Source of the DNA: Pseudoxanthobacter soli DSM 19599
GTDB lineage: Bacteria; Pseudomonadota; Alphaproteobacteria; Rhizobiales; Segnochrobactraceae
Assembly (NCBI GenBank): GCA_943372725.1
Contig: CALRZT010000001.1
Location: 1 to 45,146 of the forward strand
Direction of reading: 5' to 3'
Length of the DNA stretch: 45,146 bases
Under the pieces are notes generated by a model. The model was not told where the DNA came from. It saw only the letters and a list, made by a program, of their open reading frames with translations, and did not search any database. Below, piece by piece: positions 37,840-45,146 of the stretch. The first letter of the stretch is position 1. Each line of letters opens with the position of its first letter. The position numbers were made by a program, and so were the translations under genes.

Positions 37840-38457
37840 ATGCCTGATCCCGCGCCCCCGTCGTCCGCCGCGGATGAGGCCGCCTCGAGCCTTCCGGCGA
37901 AGGCGCCGCGCAAGCGCTCGACGGGCCTCGTGCTGCCGCGCCTCGCCTGGGCGCTCACCGGCTCCGGCCACTACTTCACCGAGACGCTGGAACTGGTCGC
38001 CGCGGCCGGCGAGGTCGACCTGTTCGTCTCCAAGGCGGCCGCCGAGGTCGTCAGCATGTACAAGCAGCGCCTCGACACGCTGCCGCCGTCCGTGCGCGTC
38101 ATCAAGGACAGTACCGCCAGCGCCGCGCCGATCGGGCGCTTCTATTATGGCGACTACCACACCGCGATCATCGGCCCGGCCACCTCCAACACGGTGGCGA
38201 AGTGCGTCTACGGCATCTCCGATACGCTGGCGACCAACGTCTTCGCCCACGCCGGCAAGTGCCGGGTGCCGACGATCGTGTTCGCCTGCGACACCGCGCC
38301 GGAGATGGACACGATGGCGCCGAAGGGGATGGTGAAGGTCTATCCGCGCCGCGTCGACCTCGACAACGTCGAGCGACTGCGCACCTTCGAGGCGACCGAG
38401 GTGGTCGAGACGCTGGACGAGCTGACGGCGGCGATGCGGCGCCGGAAGCTCGCCTGA
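37840..38457 (+). CDS. dmrB: AfpA/DmrB-type flavoprotein, dihydromethanopterin reductase
   Basis: AWALTGSGH, D.TAS..PIG..Y.G.YHT.II.PATSNTVAKC.YGISDTL.TN.FA.AGK, FACDT; closely resembles Burkholderia-type DmrB as recalled. Confidence 0.8.
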   Translation: MPDPAPPSSAADEAASSLPAKAPRKRSTGLVLPRLAWALTGSGHYFTETLELVAAAGEVDLFVSKAAAEVVSMYKQRLDTLPPSVRVIKDSTASAAPIGRFYYGDYHTAIIGPATSNTVAKCVYGISDTLATNVFAHAGKCRVPTIVFACDTAPEMDTMAPKGMVKVYPRRVDLDNVERLRTFEATEVVETLDELTAAMRRRKLA

Positions 38458-38465
38458 CCGTCGCG

Positions 38466-39869
38466 ATGGCGGACCACCTCGTCTTCGTCACCGGCCACCT
38501 CGCCCGCCCGCGGCTGGAGCGGACGATGGAGGCGATCGGGCGCGAGGCCTTCGACTGGACCATCCTCGACGCCGGCGTGAAGGTCGCCGCGCTGATGACC
38601 GAGGAGATCCTCAACCGCCGCCTGCAGCTCCCCGAGGGTGCGAGCCGGGTCATCCTGCCGGGACGCGCCCGCGTCGACCTCGCGGCGCTGACGGGGCGCT
38701 TCGGCGTGCCGTTCGAGCGCGGGCCGGAGGAGATCGCCGACCTGCCGCGCTGGCTCGGGCGCGGCGGCCAGCCGCCGGACCTCTCGCGCCACGACCTTCG
38801 GCTGTTCGTCGAACTCGTCGAGGCGACGTCGATGCCCGTCGATGCGATCCTCGCCCGCGCCGTCCGAGACCGCGACGCCGGCGGTGACGTCGTCGACATC
38901 GGCTGCCTGCCCGGCACGCCCTTTCCCCATCTCGAGGAGACGGTGCGGGCCCTGAAGGCGGCGGGCTTCCGGGTCAGCGTCGATTCCGGCGATCCGGCTG
39001 ACCTCGTGCGCGGTGCGAAGGCCGGTTGCGACTTCGTGCTCAGCCTCAGCGAGGCGACGCTCTCCCACCTCGACGAGATCGCCGCAACGCCGGTGCTGAT
39101 CCCGGCCGAACCTGGCGACCTTCCCTCGCTGCTCCGCGCCGCCGACCAGCTGTCGGCGGCGGGGCGTCCCTTCCTCGCCGACCCTGTGCTCGACCCGATC
39201 CACTTCGGCTTCACCGCCTCCATCGAGCGCTACGCCGCCTTCCGCCGCGCCCGGCCGGAGGTCGAGATGCTGATGGGCACCGGCAACCTCACCGAGCTCA
39301 CCGAGGCCGACACCACGGGCATCACGGCAATCCTGCTCGGCATCGCCTCGGAGCTTTCAATCCGCAACGCGCTGATCGTGCAGGTGAGCCCGCACACGCG
39401 CACCACGGTGGCCGAGCACGACGCCGCCCGCCGCATCCTCTATGCCGCCCACCGCGACGCGGCGCTGCCGAAGGGGTATGGCGAGATGCTTCTCGGCCTG
39501 CACGACCGGCTGCCGTTCGCGAGTACGCCCGCCGAGATCGACGCGCTCGCCGGGGCCGTGCGCGACCGCAACTACCGCATCGAAGTGGCGGAGGATGGCA
39601 TCCACGTCTTCAACAAGGACGGCCACCACGTCGTCACCGACGCCTTCGACGCTTTCCCGAAGCTCGGCGTCGAGGCGGACGGGGCGCACGCCTTCTATCT
39701 CGGCGCCGAACTCGCCCGCGCCGAGATCGCCTGGCGGCTCGGCAAGCGCTACGCCCAGGACGAGGGGCTCGACTTCGGCGTCGCCGCCCCGCCACGCCCG
39801 CGCGGCGACGAGACGCGCCTGCAGGAGGCCGGCCACACCTTGCGCGCCGGCCGCGAGCGGAGAGAGTGA
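38466..39869 (+). CDS. dihydropteroate synthase-like Orf20 (DUF6513), methanopterin biosynthesis
   Basis: FVTGHLA..RL, VKVAALMT, GPEE..DLP, DIGCLP.TPF.HLE, DPIHFGF, GNLTELT.AD, HAFYLG.EL.RA.IA..LGKRY.QDE. Confidence 0.85.
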   Translation: MADHLVFVTGHLARPRLERTMEAIGREAFDWTILDAGVKVAALMTEEILNRRLQLPEGASRVILPGRARVDLAALTGRFGVPFERGPEEIADLPRWLGRGGQPPDLSRHDLRLFVELVEATSMPVDAILARAVRDRDAGGDVVDIGCLPGTPFPHLEETVRALKAAGFRVSVDSGDPADLVRGAKAGCDFVLSLSEATLSHLDEIAATPVLIPAEPGDLPSLLRAADQLSAAGRPFLADPVLDPIHFGFTASIERYAAFRRARPEVEMLMGTGNLTELTEADTTGITAILLGIASELSIRNALIVQVSPHTRTTVAEHDAARRILYAAHRDAALPKGYGEMLLGLHDRLPFASTPAEIDALAGAVRDRNYRIEVAEDGIHVFNKDGHHVVTDAFDAFPKLGVEADGAHAFYLGAELARAEIAWRLGKRYAQDEGLDFGVAAPPRPRGDETRLQEAGHTLRAGRERRE

Positions 39870-39873
39870 GGCG

Positions 39874-40461
39874 ATGGCCTTCATCCTCGAAACGGTCGTC
39901 GTCACCACCGATGCGGCCGGCACCGCGCACATCGCTCCCTACGGGCTGATCGCCGCCGGCGACGGCTGGGTGCTCGCGCCGTTTCGCCCGTCGCCGGCGA
40001 TCGCCAACCTCGCCGAGAACCCGTTCGCCGTCGCCTCGTCGCCGCGCGACGTGCGCATCATAGCCGGCTGCGTCACCGGGCGGCGCGACTGGGCGACCGA
40101 GCCCGCGACCCACGTGCCGGGCCGGCGGCTGTCGAGCGACCACGTCCACGCCCACCTCGAACTCGCGGTCGAGAGCGTCGAGGAGGACGCCCAGCGACCC
40201 CGTTTCCGCTGCCGGGTGGTCGAGACGGTCGCGGTGACGGCGTGGCCGGGCTACAACCGCGCCCAGAACGCGGTGCTGGAGGCGGCGATCCTGTCGACGC
40301 GTCTCTCCATGCTGCCGCCGGAGAAGATCGAACGGGAGATCGCCTACCTCGCGATCGCCATCGAGAAGACCGCCGGTCCGGCCGAGCGCGAGGCGTGGGG
40401 CTGGATCATCGACCGCATCGAGGCGCACAAGACCGTCGCCCCCAACAATGCCGCCGGCTGA
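39874..40461 (+). CDS. DUF447 family protein (Orf19 of H4MPT clusters)
   Basis: ILETVVVT, HIAP.G, APFRPS, NRAQ.AVLEAAIL.TRL, IEKTAG..E.EAW. Confidence 0.85.
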   Translation: MAFILETVVVTTDAAGTAHIAPYGLIAAGDGWVLAPFRPSPAIANLAENPFAVASSPRDVRIIAGCVTGRRDWATEPATHVPGRRLSSDHVHAHLELAVESVEEDAQRPRFRCRVVETVAVTAWPGYNRAQNAVLEAAILSTRLSMLPPEKIEREIAYLAIAIEKTAGPAEREAWGWIIDRIEAHKTVAPNNAAG

Positions 40462-40497
40462 ACCGGCGCTGCCCTGAACAACCCGAGGAGACGACCG

Positions 40498-41046
40498 ATG
40501 TTGAAGAGCCTGTTCGCCGTCGCACTTGCGGCCATCGTCGCCGCGCCGCTGCTCGCCCCGCCCGCCGAAGCGCATGGCCCGACGCGCAAGAAGGTCACCG
40601 AGACGATCGAGATCAACGCCCCGCCGGAAAAGGTGTGGGCCGCGATCGGCAACTTCCAGGACATGTCCTGGCACCCCGCGGTGGTGAAGCAGGACGGCCA
40701 GAACGGCAACGCCATCGACGCCACCCGTCGCCTGACGCTGCCGAACGACGGCACCATCGACGAGGTGCTGGTCAAGTACGACGCCACCAAGATGTCCTAC
40801 TCGTACCGGATCACCGCCGTCGACGTGAAGGTGCTGCCGGTGACGAACTACTCCTCGACGATCACCGTGCTGCCCGGCCCGGACGGCAAGACCTCGACGG
40901 TGGAGTGGCGTGGCGCCTTCTATCGCGGCTATCCGAACAACGATCCGCCGGCCGAGCTCAACGACGATGCGGCAATCGCCGCCGTCACCGGCGTCTACAA
41001 GGGCGGCCTCGAGGCCCTGAAGAAGAAGATCGAATCGGGCAGCTGA
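40498..41046 (+). CDS. exported SRPBCC family protein (MxaD-like)
   Basis: Signal peptide then AHGPTRKKV, VW..IG.F..M.WHP, LPVTNYSS, W.GAFYRGYPNNDPP. Confidence 0.8.
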   Translation: MLKSLFAVALAAIVAAPLLAPPAEAHGPTRKKVTETIEINAPPEKVWAAIGNFQDMSWHPAVVKQDGQNGNAIDATRRLTLPNDGTIDEVLVKYDATKMSYSYRITAVDVKVLPVTNYSSTITVLPGPDGKTSTVEWRGAFYRGYPNNDPPAELNDDAAIAAVTGVYKGGLEALKKKIESGS

Positions 41047-42020
41047 TGGCGGCAGTGACGATCCGGATGCAGGGGATCGCCGCGATCCTGCGCGCCGCCA
41101 CCGTGGCGGCGCTGATCGGCTCGTGCCCCGCCGTCGCCGACGAGGCCTTCGTCACCAACCAGGAGAGCGAGGACGTCAGCGTCGTCGATCTCGCTGCGGC
41201 CAAGGTGGTGGCGACGATCCCGATCGGCGGCCGGCCGGCCGGCATCGCGGTCGCACGCGACGGTGCGCGCGCCTACGTGACGAGCCCGGAGGGCAAGTAC
41301 CTCTCCGTGCTCGACACGGCGGCGCGCACGGTGGTGCGGCGGGTCGCCCTCGACGGTGGCCCGCTCGGTGTCGCCGTGCATCCGTCCGGCGCACCGGCCT
41401 ACGTCGCCGACTGGTACGGCGCGCGGCTGTGGGTGGTCGACCCCGAGACGGGCGCGATCACGGCGACGGTTCCGGTCGGCGCCTCGCCGTCGGGCGTCGC
41501 CGTCACCCCGAACGGAAGCCTGATCCTGACCGCCGACCGGGACTCGGACCAGGTTTCCATCATCGATGCGGCGAGCCTCGCCGTGGTCGCGACGGTGAAG
41601 GTCGGCATCCGGCCGTTCGGCGTGACGATCGATGCCGATGGCGGACGCGCCTATACGGCCAATGTCGGCTCCAACGACGTCACGGTCATCGACATCGCGG
41701 AGCGCCGGGCGATCGGCACGGTGAAGGTCGGCGAGCGGCCCTATGCGGTGGCGCTGTCCGGCGGCCGCGGATTCTCCAGCGACCAGTACGCCGAGACGGT
41801 GACGGCCTTCGACCTCGCCACCCTCGCGCCCCTCGGTGCGATCGGTGTGGGCGAGTACCCGGAAGGCATCGAGACGGCGAGCGACGGCCGGCTCGTCGTC
41901 GCCAACTGGTTCTCCAACGCCCTGTCGGTGATCGACCCGGCGACACTGGAGGTCGTGGCGGAGGTGCGCGTCGGCGACGGCCCGCGCGCCTTCGGGACGT
42001 TCCTGCGGCGCAGCCGGTGA
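41046..42020 (+). CDS. YVTN beta-propeller repeat protein (MxaE-like)
   Basis: AFVTNQ.S..VSV.D, repeated VG..P.GV motifs, final GPRAFG; TGATG coupling. Confidence 0.82.
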   Translation: MAAVTIRMQGIAAILRAATVAALIGSCPAVADEAFVTNQESEDVSVVDLAAAKVVATIPIGGRPAGIAVARDGARAYVTSPEGKYLSVLDTAARTVVRRVALDGGPLGVAVHPSGAPAYVADWYGARLWVVDPETGAITATVPVGASPSGVAVTPNGSLILTADRDSDQVSIIDAASLAVVATVKVGIRPFGVTIDADGGRAYTANVGSNDVTVIDIAERRAIGTVKVGERPYAVALSGGRGFSSDQYAETVTAFDLATLAPLGAIGVGEYPEGIETASDGRLVVANWFSNALSVIDPATLEVVAEVRVGDGPRAFGTFLRRSR

Positions 42021-43963
42021 GCGGGGACCGGTCTCTCGGAGGGGCCGGGTCGCCGCTGCGGTGGACGCAGTCGCTGCGCATCCATCTCGCCGTGCTCATC
42101 GTCGGGCTGCTGCTGGCGGTGGCGACGCCGCTCGTGCTGCTCGCCTACGGCCAGGGGCAGGAGACGGCGCTCGACGGCGCCCGCCGGCAGATGCAGCTGC
42201 TCGCCGAGCGGGTCTCCGACCGCCTGTCAGACCTCGTCGCCGGCAGTCTCGCCCCGGTGACGCTGGCGAGCGCCGCGGCGCAGTTCGCTGCACCCGCCGA
42301 CGCCGATCTGGCGGCCAAGCAGGCGATGCTGCAGCGGATGCTGAACGCGTCTCCCGAGATCGACACGGCCCACGTCGGCTATCCGGATGGCGGCTTCCTG
42401 CAGGCGGTGAAGCTCGACGATGACGGCTGGCGGCGGGCCTCCGGGGCGCCGGACGCGGCCGTCACCGCCCTCAGGCTGGTGCTGCGCGCCGCCAGCGATG
42501 CCGCCACCGAGAGCTGGACCTATTTCGACGGCAGCGGCGCGCGCCTCGGCGCGTCGCCGCCACGCCCGACCCGATACGATCCCCGCGGCCGGCCGTGGTA
42601 TCGCGCGGCGGTGGCCGCGGCACCGGGACCGGCCCTCAGCGGCCCCTACGCCATGGCGACGACCGGCTCCGTCGGCATCAGCCTGTCGCGGGTCGGGTCG
42701 GACCCCGCCGGTGGCATCGTCTCGGTCGACGTGCTGCTCGACACCATCGGCGCCTTCCTCGTCGATGCCCGCCTGTCGCGCCACGCCGAAGCCTTCGTCT
42801 TCGACCGCAACGGCCGGCTCGTCGTGCATTCGAACCGCCACATCGCCGAGCAGCTTCCCGACGCGATCGGCTCGCGCGACGGCATGAGCGAACTTCGGGC
42901 CCTGCCGGAGGCCGGCCTCGTCCAGGTCGCCCAGGCGATGCTGCGCGACCGGCAGCCGGGCGAGACGCTGCTGCATACCTTCCCGTACAAGGGACAGGCC
43001 TGGCTGATCCATTTGTCGGGCGGCGGAACCGGCACCCTCGCCGAAGGGGCGACCGTCGTCGTCGCGGCGCCGGAATCCGACTTCACCGCCGACACCATCG
43101 CGCTCCTGCAGCAGGGTGTGACGATCGCCGCCGGCGTGTTGTTCGCCGGCATCCTGGCGGCCCTCCTCGTCGCCATCGCCATCAGCCGCTCGCTCGCCGC
43201 CCTGACCCGGCAGGCGCAGCGCTTCGAGGCGCTCGACCTCGAGCCGGGCCCGCCGATCAATTCGCGCATCAGCGAGGTGATGGCGCTCGCCAGCGCCATG
43301 ACGGCGGCGCGCAACGCCGTGCGCTCCTTCGCCCTCTACGTGCCGAGCGAGGTGGTGCGCCTCCTCGTCGGCGGCGGCCGCTTCAGCGGACGGGTGGCGG
43401 AGCGGCGCGAGGTGACGGTGATGTTCACCGACATCCGCGACTTCACGACGATCTGCGAGACCCACGAGCCCGAGGCGGTGGTGGCGATGCTGTCGGCCTA
43501 TTTCGACGTGATGAGCGGCTGCATCCGCGACCACGGCGGCGCCATCATCCAGTTCCTCGGCGACTCCGTCTACGCGATGTGGAACGCGCCGATCGAGGAC
43601 GAGCGCCACGTCGACCATGCGCTCGCCTGCGCGCTCGCGCTCGCCGCCCGCATCGACGCCTACAACGTCGAGCAGGCGGCGCTCGGCAAGCCGGTGCTGG
43701 TCACCCGCTTCGGCCTGCACACCGGCACCGCCGTCGTCGGCAGCATGGGCGCGGCCGACCGCCTGCAGTACACGGCGATCGGCGACACGGTGAACGTCGC
43801 TTCGCGGCTGGAAGGCATCAACAAGGCGTTCGGCACGACGATCCTGGCGAGCCGGCAGGTGAAGGACCACGCTACCGGCGGCGTCGGCTTCCGCCCGCTC
43901 GGCGAAGTCCAGGCGAAGGGCCGGGCCGAGCCGATCGAGATCTACGAGGTTTGTGCGGGATAG
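42017..43963 (+). CDS. membrane class III nucleotide cyclase with a Cache-like periplasmic domain and HAMP
   Basis: TM-periplasmic (YDPRGRPWY, GPY)-TM-HAMP-catalytic domain: MFTDIRDFT, IIQFLGD, RFGLHTG, YTAIGDTVNVASRLE; GTGA overlap with the upstream stop. Confidence 0.88.
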   Translation: MSGDRSLGGAGSPLRWTQSLRIHLAVLIVGLLLAVATPLVLLAYGQGQETALDGARRQMQLLAERVSDRLSDLVAGSLAPVTLASAAAQFAAPADADLAAKQAMLQRMLNASPEIDTAHVGYPDGGFLQAVKLDDDGWRRASGAPDAAVTALRLVLRAASDAATESWTYFDGSGARLGASPPRPTRYDPRGRPWYRAAVAAAPGPALSGPYAMATTGSVGISLSRVGSDPAGGIVSVDVLLDTIGAFLVDARLSRHAEAFVFDRNGRLVVHSNRHIAEQLPDAIGSRDGMSELRALPEAGLVQVAQAMLRDRQPGETLLHTFPYKGQAWLIHLSGGGTGTLAEGATVVVAAPESDFTADTIALLQQGVTIAAGVLFAGILAALLVAIAISRSLAALTRQAQRFEALDLEPGPPINSRISEVMALASAMTAARNAVRSFALYVPSEVVRLLVGGGRFSGRVAERREVTVMFTDIRDFTTICETHEPEAVVAMLSAYFDVMSGCIRDHGGAIIQFLGDSVYAMWNAPIEDERHVDHALACALALAARIDAYNVEQAALGKPVLVTRFGLHTGTAVVGSMGAADRLQYTAIGDTVNVASRLEGINKAFGTTILASRQVKDHATGGVGFRPLGEVQAKGRAEPIEIYEVCAG

Positions 43964-45009
43964 GGGGGCTGCGGCGCGGCGGCGAGCAGGGCGACCGCCA
44001 CGGCCGGGGCGGCTCGGCTGGCCCATTCGGCCGCCTCTAGGTCGACCGACAGGAGCCCGGCGAACGGCACGACCGGCCTCTGCAGCCGGGCCGCCAGCCG
44101 ATCAGCCAGGAAGGCGCCGATCCCGGCCGTCACGACCGGAGCCTCGCCCGGCACCGGCGTGCGCGACAGCACCTGAGCAGCGGCGTCGTGCAGGGCACGG
44201 AGCTGCAACTCGGCGAGATGCCGCGCCACGCCGAGCCATTCCGCCTCCGACGCGTCTTCCGTGTCGCGGCCGAGCAGGCGGGCGAGGCGGGCGCGGCTCT
44301 CGGCGACGGACTGGCCACGGCCGTCGGCGGTGGCGTGCTGGTCGACGCCCTCCGGCAGGGCACCGGTGAGGCGGTGGACGTCGGCGATGGTGGCGAAGTG
44401 CTCGTTCATCAGCGGCTGCCAGAGGCCGGCGAACGGCACGCGGTCGGCCACCGCCATCAGCGAGGTGCGCGTCGCGCCGGTGTAGACGAGCTCCCCCTCG
44501 GCCAGTCGTTCGGCGTCGGAATAGCCGGCGGCGGCGACCGCGCCGGCGCGGATGGGCACGAGGTCGGCCGTCGTCGAGCCGATGTCGACGAGGAGGGCGT
44601 TCGGCAGCGCGCTCGCCACGACGCTTGCGGTCGCGTGCCAGTTCGCCGAGGCGACGTCGCGGACGTGGTCGACCGCCTCGGCCAGCGGCACAAGGCCGGC
44701 CGGACCGGCGTAGAGGGAGACGTCCACGTCGCTGAACGCCTCGCCGATCCGCCGCGCGACCTGTGCGACGCCGTCGCGGCGGCTTTCGAAGGTGTCGGCG
44801 AGCTCGGCGGTGACGACGACGCCGATGCGGTCTACGGCGCCGACAAACGCCCGCGCCTCGGCAAGTGCGGCGTCCAGCCGGCCGATGCCCTGCCAGAGCG
44901 GCGAGGCGATCTGGGTCACCGCGACGACGCGGCCGGCCTCGATCCGCGCCGCCTTGACGTGGGCGCCGCCGACGTCCAGACCGGCGACGGCCGTCCGAGT
45001 GGCCTGCAA
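43942..45009 (-). CDS. hydantoinase/oxoprolinase-like Orf9 (MfnF-like), H4MPT-linked C1 transfer pathway protein
   Basis: GLDVGGAHVK, PLWQG, TAELAD.F..R..GV, ASANW.AT, DIGSTT.D, GELVYTG..RT, NE.FAT.AD; TTG start with GGGAGGAG RBS. Confidence 0.85.
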   Translation of the reverse strand: MQATRTAVAGLDVGGAHVKAARIEAGRVVAVTQIASPLWQGIGRLDAALAEARAFVGAVDRIGVVVTAELADTFESRRDGVAQVARRIGEAFSDVDVSLYAGPAGLVPLAEAVDHVRDVASANWHATASVVASALPNALLVDIGSTTADLVPIRAGAVAAAGYSDAERLAEGELVYTGATRTSLMAVADRVPFAGLWQPLMNEHFATIADVHRLTGALPEGVDQHATADGRGQSVAESRARLARLLGRDTEDASEAEWLGVARHLAELQLRALHDAAAQVLSRTPVPGEAPVVTAGIGAFLADRLAARLQRPVVPFAGLLSVDLEAAEWASRAAPAVAVALLAAAPQPPYPAQTS

Positions 45010-45024
45010 GGGGTAGCTCCTCCC

Positions 45025-45146
45025 GTGTTCACCGTCGTTCCGGTCGTCGACATCCGCAACGGCATCGCCGTGCAGGCCCGCGCCGGTGATCGCGCGAACT
45101 ATGCGCCGCTGTCGAGCCCCCTGGTGACGACGCCCGAGCCGGTGAC
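45025..45146 (+). CDS. HisA/HisF-related TIM-barrel Orf17 of H4MPT clusters (5' part, truncated by the window; absent from the ORF track)
   Basis: GTG start gives MFTVVPVVDIRNGIAVQARAGDRANYAPLSSPL, matching the IPV.D...G..V.A..G.R..Y.P N-terminus; adjacent to orf9. Confidence 0.7.
   Translation, partial: MFTVVPVVDIRNGIAVQARAGDRANYAPLSSPLVTTPEPV

Noticed and set aside
41123-42016. Apparent 298-aa N-terminal extension making a 946-aa cyclase
   Set aside because: It is an alternative frame of the YVTN gene; the GTG at 42017 overlapping the YVTN stop is the plausible start. The same applies to the extensions of pcaG (21685), glyQ (23533), the ABC ATPase (35976), orf20 (38202), orf19 (39442) and YVTN (40242).
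1-45146. tRNA, rRNA, integrase, transposase or phage genes
   Set aside because: No cloverleaf, rRNA-like sequence or recombinase motifs recognised by eye; a tRNAscan/Infernal run would be needed to exclude small RNAs.

Overview
High-GC alphaproteobacterial (Hyphomicrobiales/Rhizobiales-like) chromosomal segment with about 49 genes. I saw no rRNA, tRNA, CRISPR array or transposase. The left two-thirds is mostly housekeeping: deoB, a PmtA-like methyltransferase, mnmA, sciP with two CtrA boxes, a GNAT/metallophosphoesterase/NUDIX/5'-nucleotidase group, hemH-SPFH-NfeD, kdsD, a lytic transglycosylase, pcaHG, mepA, glyQ/glyS and aqpZ. It is interrupted by two VapBC-type toxin-antitoxin pairs and by a three-gene trans-envelope signalling module (FecR-domain protein, TPR plus beta-barrel outer-membrane protein, CHASE2 adenylate cyclase) with a near-perfect Crp box in its divergent promoter. 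From about 28.8 kb to the end lies a methylotrophy/PQQ/lanthanide island. One arm is a lut/pedA1A2BC-like ABC system. The other is a roughly 10 kb co-oriented run: DUF3280, a PqqT-like ABC importer, methanofuran/methanopterin genes (mfnB/orf22, dmrB/afpA, orf20, orf19), MxaD-like and YVTN proteins, and a translationally coupled class III cyclase whose ATP-specifying Lys is replaced by Gln. orf9 and the start of orf17 follow. The most notable observations are (1) a REP-doublet palindromic element translated in frame inside glyS, (2) the atypical cyclase embedded in the C1-cofactor operon, and (3) the FecR/barrel/CHASE2-cyclase/Crp-box circuit. All family assignments come from motif recognition by eye; no database search was run.
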